Below are positions 7,305-17,421 of a stretch of DNA of 64,000 nucleotides, one piece after another. The notes under the pieces were generated by a model. It worked only from the letters and a program-made list of their open reading frames with translations. It was not told the origin of the DNA and made no database searches. The stretch's first letter is position 1. Each line of letters begins with the position of its first letter. The stretch is from a virus (Duplodnaviria > Caudoviricetes), in IMG/VR virus record IMGVR_UViG_3300010429_001883, positions 32,001-96,000 of that record. One strand, written 5' to 3'. Position numbers and translations under genes: made by a program.

Positions 7305-7906
7305 TGGAGCCATTCATACCACAGGGAGAACGTGCTCTCGTTGCTAGATATGTTAGGGGACTTATTAGAAGAGTCCCCTATACTTTATATGTTGAACCTA
7401 GAATAGGGGATGGCATGTTTGCTTATGGGGTATATCCTCATAATGCAATATTAAATGACGTTGGTACCGGCGCCGCTAATGCACTGAGAGTTATCAAAAA
7501 TAATATCTCAGCTTTCTTTAATACGGTAGAAGAATTAAGAAAAGAACCAATTAATCAAAACTATATAGATCATGTAAAACGAGCAGTTACTTATTGCGCT
7601 AATAAAAATAACTACGCTTTCATTGATGAAAACTTCTATAACTTGGTTGAATTGTCTCAATACTTGAATGATAATAATGTATTAATAAATAGCGGCGATA
7701 ACATAGAAGGTTGCTTGAGTAATGTAGAAAGAAAAAATCTGGTTGTTATTAGCAATCCAGATCTTGATGAAAACTTACTTGAAATGTTAGAAGCTACTAA
7801 AGCGTATTATATATTGATTTTGACTAATTCCTCTGATGAAAGCATTCCACTTATATCATCTGGCCTAGAAGAAACATCTTCTAGGTGTCTTAAGAATTTC
7901 CGCTAA
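7304..7906 (+). CDS. Degenerate Dam/D12-class DNA adenine methyltransferase-like protein
   Basis: YVEPRIGDG and AILNDV resemble YVEPFxGGG / AILNDIN; no DPPY motif (ISNPDL at the expected place). Confidence 0.5.
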   Translation: MEPFIPQGERALVARYVRGLIRRVPYTLYVEPRIGDGMFAYGVYPHNAILNDVGTGAANALRVIKNNISAFFNTVEELRKEPINQNYIDHVKRAVTYCANKNNYAFIDENFYNLVELSQYLNDNNVLINSGDNIEGCLSNVERKNLVVISNPDLDENLLEMLEATKAYYILILTNSSDESIPLISSGLEETSSRCLKNFR

Positions 7907-8837
7907 GTTTTAACAGTTCTTCGGTTTCTTGGGCTATTGTTTCTAGTGATGTCCAATGGGGCTTGTCAAAGTGTGACGAGCCTTGTAACACAGTAGGAAC
8001 ATAGTTTGTTTTCTGCCCAGTTGCCGTTGGGAAAGCGTCGTCGGTGAACTCGTATTTCAGCCCATAGTTCGTTTTAAAATATTCCAGTAAAGAGTATTTA
8101 TTTACTGGGGCTTTACTGCCTACTTCTAGTGCTCCGTTACTGCCAGCCATTATGCAACTAACAATAGCACAGAATAAATCTTCAGGATGAATGTAGTCTC
8201 TAACTATATCAATTTTATTGGTATAAAATATTTTATTTTGTAAAACAGCTTGAACAAGATCTGAAATAAAATACCCATCATAGATATCAGCGTATCTGCT
8301 AAAGTAGGAGTATAGCCGTATGTCTGTAATGTGCAAGTGCCTAAGAGCCCGGTGCTTGGCTTCCGATGTGAGTTTGGAAATTGTATTGTAAGTGTTTACG
8401 TTATATGGATCAATAGAGCCTGCAACTATGTGGGATAGCTGTCCGGTACTAAAACTAATATAGGAAGCTTTTGGGTTATACTCACGCAGATAGTCTATAC
8501 ACAAATTATCATATTTTTCAGTAATTGTGAAGTAGCGGCTAAAGTCGTTGTTTAGTTTCTTGAATGTTCCAGCGCCCGTGCAGTTAATCAATGCATTGTA
8601 TTTTCCAGAATTAAATTCATCGTATGTTAGGATTTTATGGTTGTTTTTAAAAGTTCTTATAAATTTTTCAACTTCTTGTGGATGAGTAGAACATAGAGTT
8701 AAGGAAACTTCTTCTGGATATGCAATGGAAAAGTTTCTAATCAGTCCTTTTGCTATGTGGGATGTTGCGCCCAATATTACTATATTGATTCCAGGACACG
8801 TATTCATAGATAATTGATTCCTCTTTTTTGTAACCAA
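7890..8837 (-). CDS. NAD-dependent epimerase/reductase (extended SDR)
   Basis: ILGATSHIA Rossmann motif, INCTG, YNTISK. Confidence 0.8.
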   Translation of the reverse strand: MVTKKRNQLSMNTCPGINIVILGATSHIAKGLIRNFSIAYPEEVSLTLCSTHPQEVEKFIRTFKNNHKILTYDEFNSGKYNALINCTGAGTFKKLNNDFSRYFTITEKYDNLCIDYLREYNPKASYISFSTGQLSHIVAGSIDPYNVNTYNTISKLTSEAKHRALRHLHITDIRLYSYFSRYADIYDGYFISDLVQAVLQNKIFYTNKIDIVRDYIHPEDLFCAIVSCIMAGSNGALEVGSKAPVNKYSLLEYFKTNYGLKYEFTDDAFPTATGQKTNYVPTVLQGSSHFDKPHWTSLETIAQETEELLKLSGNS

Positions 8838-8854
8838 ACCTCAAAAGCCTCTTT

Positions 8855-9859
8855 TTAATATAAGGATTTTAATGATTCAGCAACAGAATCAATATCGTCT
8901 TCTGGGAATATTCTATATTTATTTATATTACATTCACGGCAAATGCTGTGTGTAGACTTACCTTCATCTAACATATTTAATCTAAAGTTTCTAAGTTTTT
9001 CCCCATTCCATATATCATATAAAGATTCTTTTGTACAGTTGCCAATTATCTCTGGATAGGCTATGGAGTAACATGGGACAACATTGCCATCTGGGTTTAT
9101 CTGCATGGTAAAAAAGGGTTGTGGGCAAACTTTTGTTGTTCTGGCAGTAAGCCCAAACTGTGTTAGTTCCTCTTTTCCTAGCTCCGAATTCATCTCCACA
9201 CCTGGATAAATTGGGCTGGCATGCTCAACTGACATGGAATCACAAATTTCTCCAAACATATCGTAAAATTTTAGTTTGTCTTCGTCGTTTCGCAATGCCA
9301 CATCTATTATCTTGATGTATATGTGTAATTTGTCTTTATGCTTGTACAAATAACGGATGTTGTTGACAAATTCAGCCATATCAATATTAACATTACTTAC
9401 TTCTTCATATCTTTCAGATGTGGTACCTTGCAGTGAGATAACTAGTCGGTCAAGACCAGCAGCTATGATAGAATCTGACATGGCATTTGATAATAAGTCA
9501 GCATTTGTTAATATTTCAGTTCTTTCTGCTCTTCCGCTTTGCTTGGCATAGGCAACCATGTCTGCAATATTTTTGTGTAGAAGTGGTTCACCCATACCAA
9601 CAAATCGAATGACTTTAATGGTATTTGGGAACTCCTTTAGGTCTTCAATACACTTAGTGTAAAGTTCATAATCCATTAACGTTTTGTTGGAGATAAAACC
9701 TCGGTCTTCTCTGGGAATTGAAAACACACAGTATTTACATCGAAAAGTACATGCGTATACTGGAAAGAATTGAATTAAAATTGGGGTATTTAGAGGCAAA
9801 ATGTCAGCTAGAGGTGTTCTTTGCCCGCCAGGTGCTGCTTTATCTATAATGATGGCCAT
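8855..9859 (-). CDS. Radical SAM protein with SPASM/Twitch domain
   Basis: CTFRCKYC, GMGEPLL, CPQPF..INPDG.V.PC, C..C. Confidence 0.9.
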   Translation of the reverse strand: MAIIIDKAAPGGQRTPLADILPLNTPILIQFFPVYACTFRCKYCVFSIPREDRGFISNKTLMDYELYTKCIEDLKEFPNTIKVIRFVGMGEPLLHKNIADMVAYAKQSGRAERTEILTNADLLSNAMSDSIIAAGLDRLVISLQGTTSERYEEVSNVNIDMAEFVNNIRYLYKHKDKLHIYIKIIDVALRNDEDKLKFYDMFGEICDSMSVEHASPIYPGVEMNSELGKEELTQFGLTARTTKVCPQPFFTMQINPDGNVVPCYSIAYPEIIGNCTKESLYDIWNGEKLRNFRLNMLDEGKSTHSICRECNINKYRIFPEDDIDSVAESLKSLY

Positions 9860-10932
9860 TATTCAAAGTCTTCCTTATCAAATACATCTTGCCATATCAC
9901 AGGCAGTTCCTTTCCATATATGCGTCCAATTTCATATTTTTCTATGAATTCTTTATCTTCGGCTATTAAGCAGGTGTTTTTCTTAAACGGTTTTAGTCTC
10001 ATACACCTATCTAAGATATTTTTCAGCGGTTCTTCAAAAACATTACCTAAAGAACAATGAAAATAAGGGCACGGCAAAACATCCCCATACTGAGTAATTG
10101 ATACAATATTACTACCAGCTATACACCCCAAATTCAAACCGTAGGCTGGCGTTATGTGAGTATATACCCAATGTTTCTTTTCCAATTCTCTAAAATAGTC
10201 CATGTCTTTCATATCAATTAAAATATCTGTGTTTCCTTCCCACGCACCTACCGGTTTAGCATACGTAACGAATACTCCTATGTTCCTATTGTTAAAGTAT
10301 TGTATGAAGTTAATAAACTCATCTGAATATAGGCGCTGTTTTGTAACAACAGTTTGAATAAATATGTCTAGCCCAGCATTTAACGTCGCATCAACAGCAG
10401 CCATACATCTAGCATGAGAACCACGAGCTTTTCTAAAATCATCGTGTTCTTTTGGGTCAAGACTGTCGATACTTAATTGAATTCTATCTATGCCAATGTC
10501 TTTTAGATGCTTAGCTCTTTCTTCGTCAAGAAACCACCCGTTGGTATCAACGTTAATATAAAATCTTTCAGGGCCAATTGTTTGTATTAGTTCATCAAAA
10601 TCTTTAAATATTAGGGGTTCTCCCCCAGTTATGACGAACCTAGCTAAGCCCAAGGCATCTGCTTGATCGGCCAGATTTCTGACATCTGGCATTGTAAATT
10701 CTCTTTTATTCTTTTTACCTTGAAATTTTTTTATGGAACAATGCTGGCATTTAAAATTGCATTTATAATTATATTGAAACTGTAGTATAGCAATACTTTC
10801 ACCACGAGATATCTTATCATCAAATTTTATTACTTTTTCATAAACAAGAGGTTTTTCTTTTCTTAATTTTTCTCGTCTATCAAGTTCTTTTTGTTTAAGT
10901 AAGTGATCCACTATAGTGCCTCCTAATTTCAT
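9859..10932 (-). CDS. Radical SAM protein with SPASM/Twitch domain
   Basis: CNFKCQHC, TGGEPL, CIAG..ITQYGDVLPCPY. Confidence 0.9.
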   Translation of the reverse strand: MKLGGTIVDHLLKQKELDRREKLRKEKPLVYEKVIKFDDKISRGESIAILQFQYNYKCNFKCQHCSIKKFQGKKNKREFTMPDVRNLADQADALGLARFVITGGEPLIFKDFDELIQTIGPERFYINVDTNGWFLDEERAKHLKDIGIDRIQLSIDSLDPKEHDDFRKARGSHARCMAAVDATLNAGLDIFIQTVVTKQRLYSDEFINFIQYFNNRNIGVFVTYAKPVGAWEGNTDILIDMKDMDYFRELEKKHWVYTHITPAYGLNLGCIAGSNIVSITQYGDVLPCPYFHCSLGNVFEEPLKNILDRCMRLKPFKKNTCLIAEDKEFIEKYEIGRIYGKELPVIWQDVFDKEDFE

Positions 10933-12799
10933 TCAACTCGCTTTCTGGTAAAAAGGGCCACAGGTCGTCTAAAGCAGAAGTTACCATTGTTGCTTTATGA
11001 TCATCAGTTATAGATACCTTGGATGTAACTTTACATACAGTTGAATTTTCCATTGGCATTTTGACAATACAAACAACAGGTTCGCTGTATCTAGACGCCT
11101 CTTCGTATGCAATGGGTATAACAACATCAGCATTATATCCGTAAGCCTCAATTGTATGTAATCCATAGGCCTTACACACTCTTTTTAAATTGGGTAAATT
11201 AAGGCCGCTGGTTTTGGTGCTACCCACATAATTCATATTAAAATGTTGTTCCTGTGTACTTCTGATAGAAGCATATCCGCTATTATCCCACACATAGACA
11301 ACTATTGGTTTTTTCAATGCGCTTAGGGTGGCCAACTCTTGTATATTAAGCTGTAGGCTTCCGTCCCCTTCAATGCATACGACAGTACCTAAACCAAACT
11401 TGGCGTGGGCGGCGCCAATCGCTGCCGGCAAACCAAACCCCATTGAACCTAATCCTGGGTTGTTTAATATTCTGGTTCCAGCAGGCAAGTTAATGTGCTG
11501 CATTGTTATTTCAGCACAGCCCCCTGAACTGCCAGGAACTACAATGTCATCTTTCTGCAATAGCCCAGATAAAATATTGATAAACTCATATGGGTCTAAG
11601 TATTCATTACAAGTTTGCCTGGGAGTTATTTTATACTTTTTCTTCCACTCTTGGCAAAGTTGTAGCCAGCTAATATCTTTTTTGGTGAATATCTCGTTCT
11701 TATCATGCAAAATTTCCAAGAAAATCCTTGCATCTATTTGTATCTTTTTTGTATTTTCTATTTTATTCAATTCATCTTGATCTATATCTACAACATATTT
11801 TACAGCATTCGGTGCAAAACAATCTGGCCTGTACCCGGTTTGTCCAAGGTCTAACCTTGCCCCTATACTTAGAACAAAGTCTGCGCCTTGCAGTGTAAAA
11901 TTGGCCGCACGTTGACCAACAGATCCAGGCAATCCTATATAGTTTTCCCACTGAGAGCACATATCCATAGCTCTCCAGGTAGCCAATAATGGAATGTTAT
12001 TTCTAGCCAACGTCTCTAAAAATGTTTTTAACCAACAAGAGTTATATGAAGACCTTAATCCATTACCAATTAGCACAACAGGATTATTGCTTTTTCTTAG
12101 ATCAACAAGCATATCATCGGCGGCTCTTCTTGCAACCATTGCTGCTTGGTATGATAATTTATCTTCATTTGTCTCTAGCGTATTATCTGAGTATTTTTTA
12201 TAATACGGATATTTTCCAATTGGATTTAATGTGTTATTAAAAATATAGAATTCTGCTAAACAGTCATTATAATTTAAGATTGCTGCCTGAATATCTAGTG
12301 GGATATCCAACCAGACTGGCCCTTTCCTGCCAGTAGTTGCTGTCTTAATTAGGTCAAATACAGTTTTTGTTATAAGGGCAGGGTCCAAAAGAGTCTCAAC
12401 TTGTTTAACAACTGGAGCAACCAAGGCTGCGGTATTAACTTGTTGAAATCCGTATTGTCGCAAATTACCCGTTTTATTGAGATCGGTGGTTTTAACCTGA
12501 CCAGATATAAAAAGACAGGGAGTTGAGTCTAACCACGCGGCTGTCGCTGCTGTGATGGCGTTGGTCACTCCTGGACCTGTTGTTACTAAACATACCCCCA
12601 ATTCGTCAGTTAGCTGGCCGTAGGCATCCGCAGCAATTCCTGCTGCTTGTTCGTGTAACATACAAACAGGAGTTATGCTGCTTCTGCTCAACGAATCAAC
12701 AAGATGCATAGCTCCTCCGCCGGGGAGATAAAACACGTGTTTGATTCCAAGCTTTTCTAATATAACGAAAAGATAGTCAGATAATTTAATTTTCCTCAC
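10895..12799 (-). CDS. ThDP-dependent acetolactate-synthase-family enzyme (YerE-like carboligase)
   Basis: HEQAA, TTGPGVTN, GSMGFGLPAAIGA, GDGSLQLNIQEL..N.GY; lies in a CDP-dideoxysugar cluster. Confidence 0.85.
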   Translation of the reverse strand: MRKIKLSDYLFVILEKLGIKHVFYLPGGGAMHLVDSLSRSSITPVCMLHEQAAGIAADAYGQLTDELGVCLVTTGPGVTNAITAATAAWLDSTPCLFISGQVKTTDLNKTGNLRQYGFQQVNTAALVAPVVKQVETLLDPALITKTVFDLIKTATTGRKGPVWLDIPLDIQAAILNYNDCLAEFYIFNNTLNPIGKYPYYKKYSDNTLETNEDKLSYQAAMVARRAADDMLVDLRKSNNPVVLIGNGLRSSYNSCWLKTFLETLARNNIPLLATWRAMDMCSQWENYIGLPGSVGQRAANFTLQGADFVLSIGARLDLGQTGYRPDCFAPNAVKYVVDIDQDELNKIENTKKIQIDARIFLEILHDKNEIFTKKDISWLQLCQEWKKKYKITPRQTCNEYLDPYEFINILSGLLQKDDIVVPGSSGGCAEITMQHINLPAGTRILNNPGLGSMGFGLPAAIGAAHAKFGLGTVVCIEGDGSLQLNIQELATLSALKKPIVVYVWDNSGYASIRSTQEQHFNMNYVGSTKTSGLNLPNLKRVCKAYGLHTIEAYGYNADVVIPIAYEEASRYSEPVVCIVKMPMENSTVCKVTSKVSITDDHKATMVTSALDDLWPFLPESELNEIRRHYSGSLT

Positions 12800-14309
12800 T
12801 TGCTTCTCTCCAATAAGTTACAAATGTTTTTCTATTCTTATTTTTATTAATTTCTTCAACAGAATAATAAGAATCCGAGCTATCGTGAGTTGTTGACAGT
12901 TCTTCAATAACTGCTCCTGACGCAGTTTCCATTTTATGCTTTACGCCAGGCTCTACAACAACAATATCTCCTTTTGTATATGTTTTAGTTACATCATTTA
13001 GTGTTATATCTACATCACCCCAAATAATATAAAAGGCTTCCTCCTTTTTCAAATGGTACTGTTCAGGATGCTTTTGGCACGGAAGAAGCACTAAATATTT
13101 TTTACAATATTCTCTGTTTATTATTGTAAACATGGCCATTCCATACATAAAGAATTGATAAAGGCCGTAATGGTGAGAAAGCTCTATTTTTGTATTTTCA
13201 GGTATAACTATTCCACTTTTTTCAACCAATTCTTGAACAACTTGAACAGCTGACAAAACATATGACCTGTGGTCGTATCTTTTAACAGTGTTGTGTTTTA
13301 TGGCAGAATTGGCCTTCAAAGATGAAGTGGCTGTAAATGAACAATACTTAGATACATCATTAGAGTAATACTGTTCATCTTCGGCAGGTATGGCATAGAA
13401 AAAATCTTTTTCAAACAGCCTTTCACCGGCATCAACATCTCTGTTAACAAAAACACCGCGCTTTAATGAATTTAAAGAATCTTGCTCTTCTTTTATGTTG
13501 GCTTCGCTAGATTCATACATTGCGCAAGCCTCTCGAAGAGCATTTAGCCAGCATTCCAGTTGCGGTGGCCTAACAGAATAAGAGTTAACGGCATTAGGAT
13601 GTTTAATAGATGGTAGTGCTACGTGCTTTTCAAATATGTTGGCTCCACACGCTACAGCCATGAAGACAGATGAATATATGTTAGGATCTTCGTGTGTTGA
13701 GAAACCAACGTGCTTTAATTTAGGGAACATGCTTTGTATCTTTTGTAGACGAGAAACATTTAGATCTTGTGGTTCAGATGGATATTTTGCAACACAGTGC
13801 ATAATGGCGTGTTCAATTTTACGGTGTCTGAAAAAGTTATGAACTTTTTTGACTTCATACAAATCAATACCGGCCGTAGATGCAATTACAGGTAAACCGG
13901 CTTCAGCCACTTTAGTTAATAGGGGCCAATCGTTAATAGAACAGCTACCAATCTTTATTGCATCATAACCATGTTTAACTATCTTATCTACAGAAATTTC
14001 ATCAAAAGGCGTGCAAATAACTTTAAATCCAAGACTCTTAGCCCTTTCTATCAACCGAATAAACTCTTCCTCTGACAATCGTGTTTCAGAAAATCTTTTT
14101 ACATATTTTATATCCATACGATCTTTATAATCTGGATGTATAAATGTGTCTAAATCTCGGTACTGAAATTTAAATGCAAAAGTAAATTCTTTATAGTTTT
14201 CTACAACACCATGAAAGGCATTAATAATATCTAAGCCATGGGAAACATCTCCCATATGATTATTTGCCATTTCCAGAATAATTAGTTTCTTGTTAAATAG
14301 GTCTGTCAT
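12786..14309 (-). CDS. NeuB/N-acetylneuraminate-synthase-family protein with SAF and C-terminal cupin domain
   Basis: LEMANNHMGD, KFQ, TPFD, KIGS, HCVAKYP, GFSTHE, FEKH; C-terminal HPEQYHLKKEE..PGVKH cupin. Confidence 0.85.
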   Translation of the reverse strand: MTDLFNKKLIILEMANNHMGDVSHGLDIINAFHGVVENYKEFTFAFKFQYRDLDTFIHPDYKDRMDIKYVKRFSETRLSEEEFIRLIERAKSLGFKVICTPFDEISVDKIVKHGYDAIKIGSCSINDWPLLTKVAEAGLPVIASTAGIDLYEVKKVHNFFRHRKIEHAIMHCVAKYPSEPQDLNVSRLQKIQSMFPKLKHVGFSTHEDPNIYSSVFMAVACGANIFEKHVALPSIKHPNAVNSYSVRPPQLECWLNALREACAMYESSEANIKEEQDSLNSLKRGVFVNRDVDAGERLFEKDFFYAIPAEDEQYYSNDVSKYCSFTATSSLKANSAIKHNTVKRYDHRSYVLSAVQVVQELVEKSGIVIPENTKIELSHHYGLYQFFMYGMAMFTIINREYCKKYLVLLPCQKHPEQYHLKKEEAFYIIWGDVDITLNDVTKTYTKGDIVVVEPGVKHKMETASGAVIEELSTTHDSSDSYYSVEEINKNKNRKTFVTYWREASEEN

Positions 14310-15601
14310 ACATTATTCTCCACAAACGTTTTTAAAACACTTCCAATCCACTTAACTTGTTCAACGTTTATTCCAGGATAAACTCCTATAAAAAACGAAT
14401 TATTTAGAACAGTGTTTGTATTTAATTGATTGCCGTATATTCTATATTTAATGTCTTTAAATGCTGGGTGGTAAAGCAGATTGCCAGCAAAGATTGGCCT
14501 TGTTTCAATTTTCTTTCTTTCAAAATAAGAAACCATGTCGTTTCTTGTAAATCTTGCTTTATTGGTTAACGTAACAACATAACAAAACCATGAAGGAAAA
14601 TCGGTTGGCAACTCGGTTTGATGCGGAATAAATAACCTGCCGTATTCGTCAAATAAAGAAGCTATTCTAGAATGATTATCTCTTCTAGACTGTACAAAGG
14701 ATGGCAGCTTTTCTAGTTGTGCACAACCAATAGCAGCCTGCATTTCTGTCATTTTAAGATTATACCCAATATGCGAATATACGTACTTGTGGTCATACCC
14801 TTCGGGCAATTCTCCGTGTTTACCAGTAAAACGTAATCCACACGAGTTACTTTGGCCGGACTTGCATACACAGTCTCTACCCCAATCTCTGAAAGATTTA
14901 CAGATATCAGCAAGAATAGAGTTGGAAGTTAAGACTGCTCCACCCTCTCCTGTTGTTATCATGTGAGCCGGATAAAAGGATAATGTTGAGATATGCCCAA
15001 TAGCGCCTGTTTTTCTTACTCCAGACATTGCACCAAGAGCATCACAATTGTCTTCAATAATCCATAAATCAAATTCATTGGCAATACTAAAAATGGCGTC
15101 AACATCAAACGGAACACCAAAAGAGTGAGGAATAAAAATTGCTTTAGTTTTTGGTCCTATAGCCTTTCGTATTAGGTTAGGGTTAATATTATACGAACCA
15201 AGCTCTATATCTACAAACACAGGGACTAAAGAATTTTGTATGATTGGTGCAAGCGTGGTTGGGAATCCAGCTGCCGTAGTAATTACTTCATCCCCAGGTT
15301 TAAGTCGTCTATCACCAAGTTTTTTAGAAGTGAGTGCCGAAATAGCAATAAGATTTGCTGAAGATCCAGAATTTACAGCAATTGCATGCTTAACGCCTAT
15401 ATAATTTTCCAAGCCTTTTTCAAACTTATTGATATACTTACTTTCCGTAAGTTGGAACTCTAGACACGCGTCGACAGCATATTGTATTTCTTTCTCATCA
15501 AAAACCCTGCCAGCATAGTGGACAAGGTCTATCCCAGGTCTAAACTTTTTTTTAGGGTGTAGTTTAAGGAATTCTTCCTTTATTATATCATTCATATCCA
15601 T
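14306..15601 (-). CDS. rfbH: CDP-4-keto-6-deoxyglucose 3-dehydratase (E1, DdhC/RfbH)
   Basis: VNSGSSANL, SFYPAHMITTGEGG (His instead of Lys), DWGRDCxC..C Fe-S motif, YDHKY. Confidence 0.92.
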   Translation of the reverse strand: MDMNDIIKEEFLKLHPKKKFRPGIDLVHYAGRVFDEKEIQYAVDACLEFQLTESKYINKFEKGLENYIGVKHAIAVNSGSSANLIAISALTSKKLGDRRLKPGDEVITTAAGFPTTLAPIIQNSLVPVFVDIELGSYNINPNLIRKAIGPKTKAIFIPHSFGVPFDVDAIFSIANEFDLWIIEDNCDALGAMSGVRKTGAIGHISTLSFYPAHMITTGEGGAVLTSNSILADICKSFRDWGRDCVCKSGQSNSCGLRFTGKHGELPEGYDHKYVYSHIGYNLKMTEMQAAIGCAQLEKLPSFVQSRRDNHSRIASLFDEYGRLFIPHQTELPTDFPSWFCYVVTLTNKARFTRNDMVSYFERKKIETRPIFAGNLLYHPAFKDIKYRIYGNQLNTNTVLNNSFFIGVYPGINVEQVKWIGSVLKTFVENNV

Positions 15602-16664
15602 TTAAACTCTCTTCAATTTGGTTTATACAAACTTCAAACACATCTTTATTATCTTTAAAGGCAACAGTAAAATCTACTACATTTTTAATAGTTTTATCAA
15701 TGTCAGTTATCGGTTTCCAATTCAATTTACTTCGTGCTTGTGTGCTGTCTAGTTTTAAAATTTCTGTTTCATGCTCTTTGTCTATGGACGATTCTGCTTT
15801 TATCGGTACTGGATGACCATTAGCCTCTACCCAATAATACATGAATTTTTCTACTAAGTCAAGGGTTTCTAAGTATTGATCATCGTTTGGACCAAAATTC
15901 CAAGAGTCAGCTAAATCGCCGCTTATGTATAAGTTTTGTGCTAAAAGTAAATAACCAATAAGAGGATCTAGCACAAACTGCCACGGTCTAATTGCTCTTA
16001 TGTGTCTTATTGTTATTGGTGTTCCTGAAAGGACGGCCCTAACACAGTCAGGTATTAATCTATTCTTAGCCCAATCTCCTCCGCCTAAAACATTTCCAGA
16101 TCTAGCAGTAGCAACAAATTGTGTATCTTTAAAAAAGGAGTTTCTATAAGATGCTGTTACAATCTCAGCCGCAGCTTTACTAGCGGCGTAAGGATCATAT
16201 CCACCTAACGTATCGTTTTCTCTATATGGCCATGGCCACTGTTTGTCATAATAAACTTTATCAGTTGTAACGACGACTATAGCTTTAACGCTAGGAGTTG
16301 TTCTACATGCCTCTAAAACATTAACAGTTCCTAATGTATTTGTCTCAAAAGTATAGACAGGTTTATCATAAGAATCAATAACTAAAGGCTGTGCGGCGAG
16401 ATGGAATACAACTTCTGGTTGTACTCTCTCAAAAACGTGTTTAACTCTGGAAAGATTTCTAACATCTCCTACAGTTTGATTAAACCCCCAAAGCCCCTCT
16501 AAATCAACTAAATCAAATAAAGATGGGATAGTAGGCGGAGGCAATGAAAATCCAGTTACTAAAGCACCCAGCCTTACAAGTAAAAGGCTTAACCAAGACC
16601 CTTTAAACCCAGTACTGCCGGTAAGGAGGACATTCCTGTGGTACCAAAAATTATTATCAATCAT
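15588..16664 (-). CDS. rfbG: CDP-glucose 4,6-dehydratase
   Basis: TGSTGFKGSWL, HLAAQPLV, TTDKVY, DPYAASKA, RPWQFVLDPL. Confidence 0.93.
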   Translation of the reverse strand: MIDNNFWYHRNVLLTGSTGFKGSWLSLLLVRLGALVTGFSLPPPTIPSLFDLVDLEGLWGFNQTVGDVRNLSRVKHVFERVQPEVVFHLAAQPLVIDSYDKPVYTFETNTLGTVNVLEACRTTPSVKAIVVVTTDKVYYDKQWPWPYRENDTLGGYDPYAASKAAAEIVTASYRNSFFKDTQFVATARSGNVLGGGDWAKNRLIPDCVRAVLSGTPITIRHIRAIRPWQFVLDPLIGYLLLAQNLYISGDLADSWNFGPNDDQYLETLDLVEKFMYYWVEANGHPVPIKAESSIDKEHETEILKLDSTQARSKLNWKPITDIDKTIKNVVDFTVAFKDNKDVFEVCINQIEESLNGYE

Positions 16665-17421
16665 GCCACACCTTCCAAGGAGCATTACCAGAATTCCATA
16701 AATCTTCTAATTCGTTTTTATCTCTCAGATTATCCATGCACTTCCAAAAATCGAAGTGTTTGTATGTTTGTAATTTTCCATCGTTGCAAATATCCCTAAG
16801 AGCCTCTCCTTCCCAAGAGGTTTTGTCACTTTCTATGTAATCAATGGCTTTTTTGTCACAAACAAAAAATCCACCATTTATCCAAGTACCGTGGGGTTTT
16901 TCTGCAAAAGCAGTTGCTTTCCCAGTTAAATCTGTTTCTACTGCACCAAAACGGCCTGGCTGTTGTATTGCTGTCATAGTGACTAATGAGCCGTTTAGAT
17001 CGTGGGTGGATACCAAGGCTTGTAAATTTATATTGGCAACACCATCCCCATACGTAAGCATGAAAGTATCACCATCTATATAATCACAAATTCTTTTTAT
17101 TCTTCCTCCTGTCTGTGTGGTTAGCCCAGTATCAATCATTGTAACAGCCCAATCTTCATCATCCTTGCTGTGATAAAAGATACTGCCCCCTCTAATTGTA
17201 ATATTTGATTGATAAAGGAGGTAGTGATGAAAATATTCTTTAATCATATGCCCTTTATATCCAAGGCACAGAATGAAATCCTTAAATCCATAGTAGGAGT
17301 ATAGTTTCATGATATGCCATAGAATGGGCTTACCTCCAATTTCAACCATGGGCTTTGGTCTAAGTTGAGTGTCCTCGCTAAGCCTAGTCCCCATTCCACC
17401 AACAAGTATAACTACTTTCAT
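16657..17421 (-). CDS. rfbF: Glucose-1-phosphate cytidylyltransferase
   Basis: GGMGTRLSE..PKPMVEIGGKPILWHIMK, TYGDGV, INGGFF, FWKCMD. Confidence 0.95.
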   Translation of the reverse strand: MKVVILVGGMGTRLSEDTQLRPKPMVEIGGKPILWHIMKLYSYYGFKDFILCLGYKGHMIKEYFHHYLLYQSNITIRGGSIFYHSKDDEDWAVTMIDTGLTTQTGGRIKRICDYIDGDTFMLTYGDGVANINLQALVSTHDLNGSLVTMTAIQQPGRFGAVETDLTGKATAFAEKPHGTWINGGFFVCDKKAIDYIESDKTSWEGEALRDICNDGKLQTYKHFDFWKCMDNLRDKNELEDLWNSGNAPWKVWHD

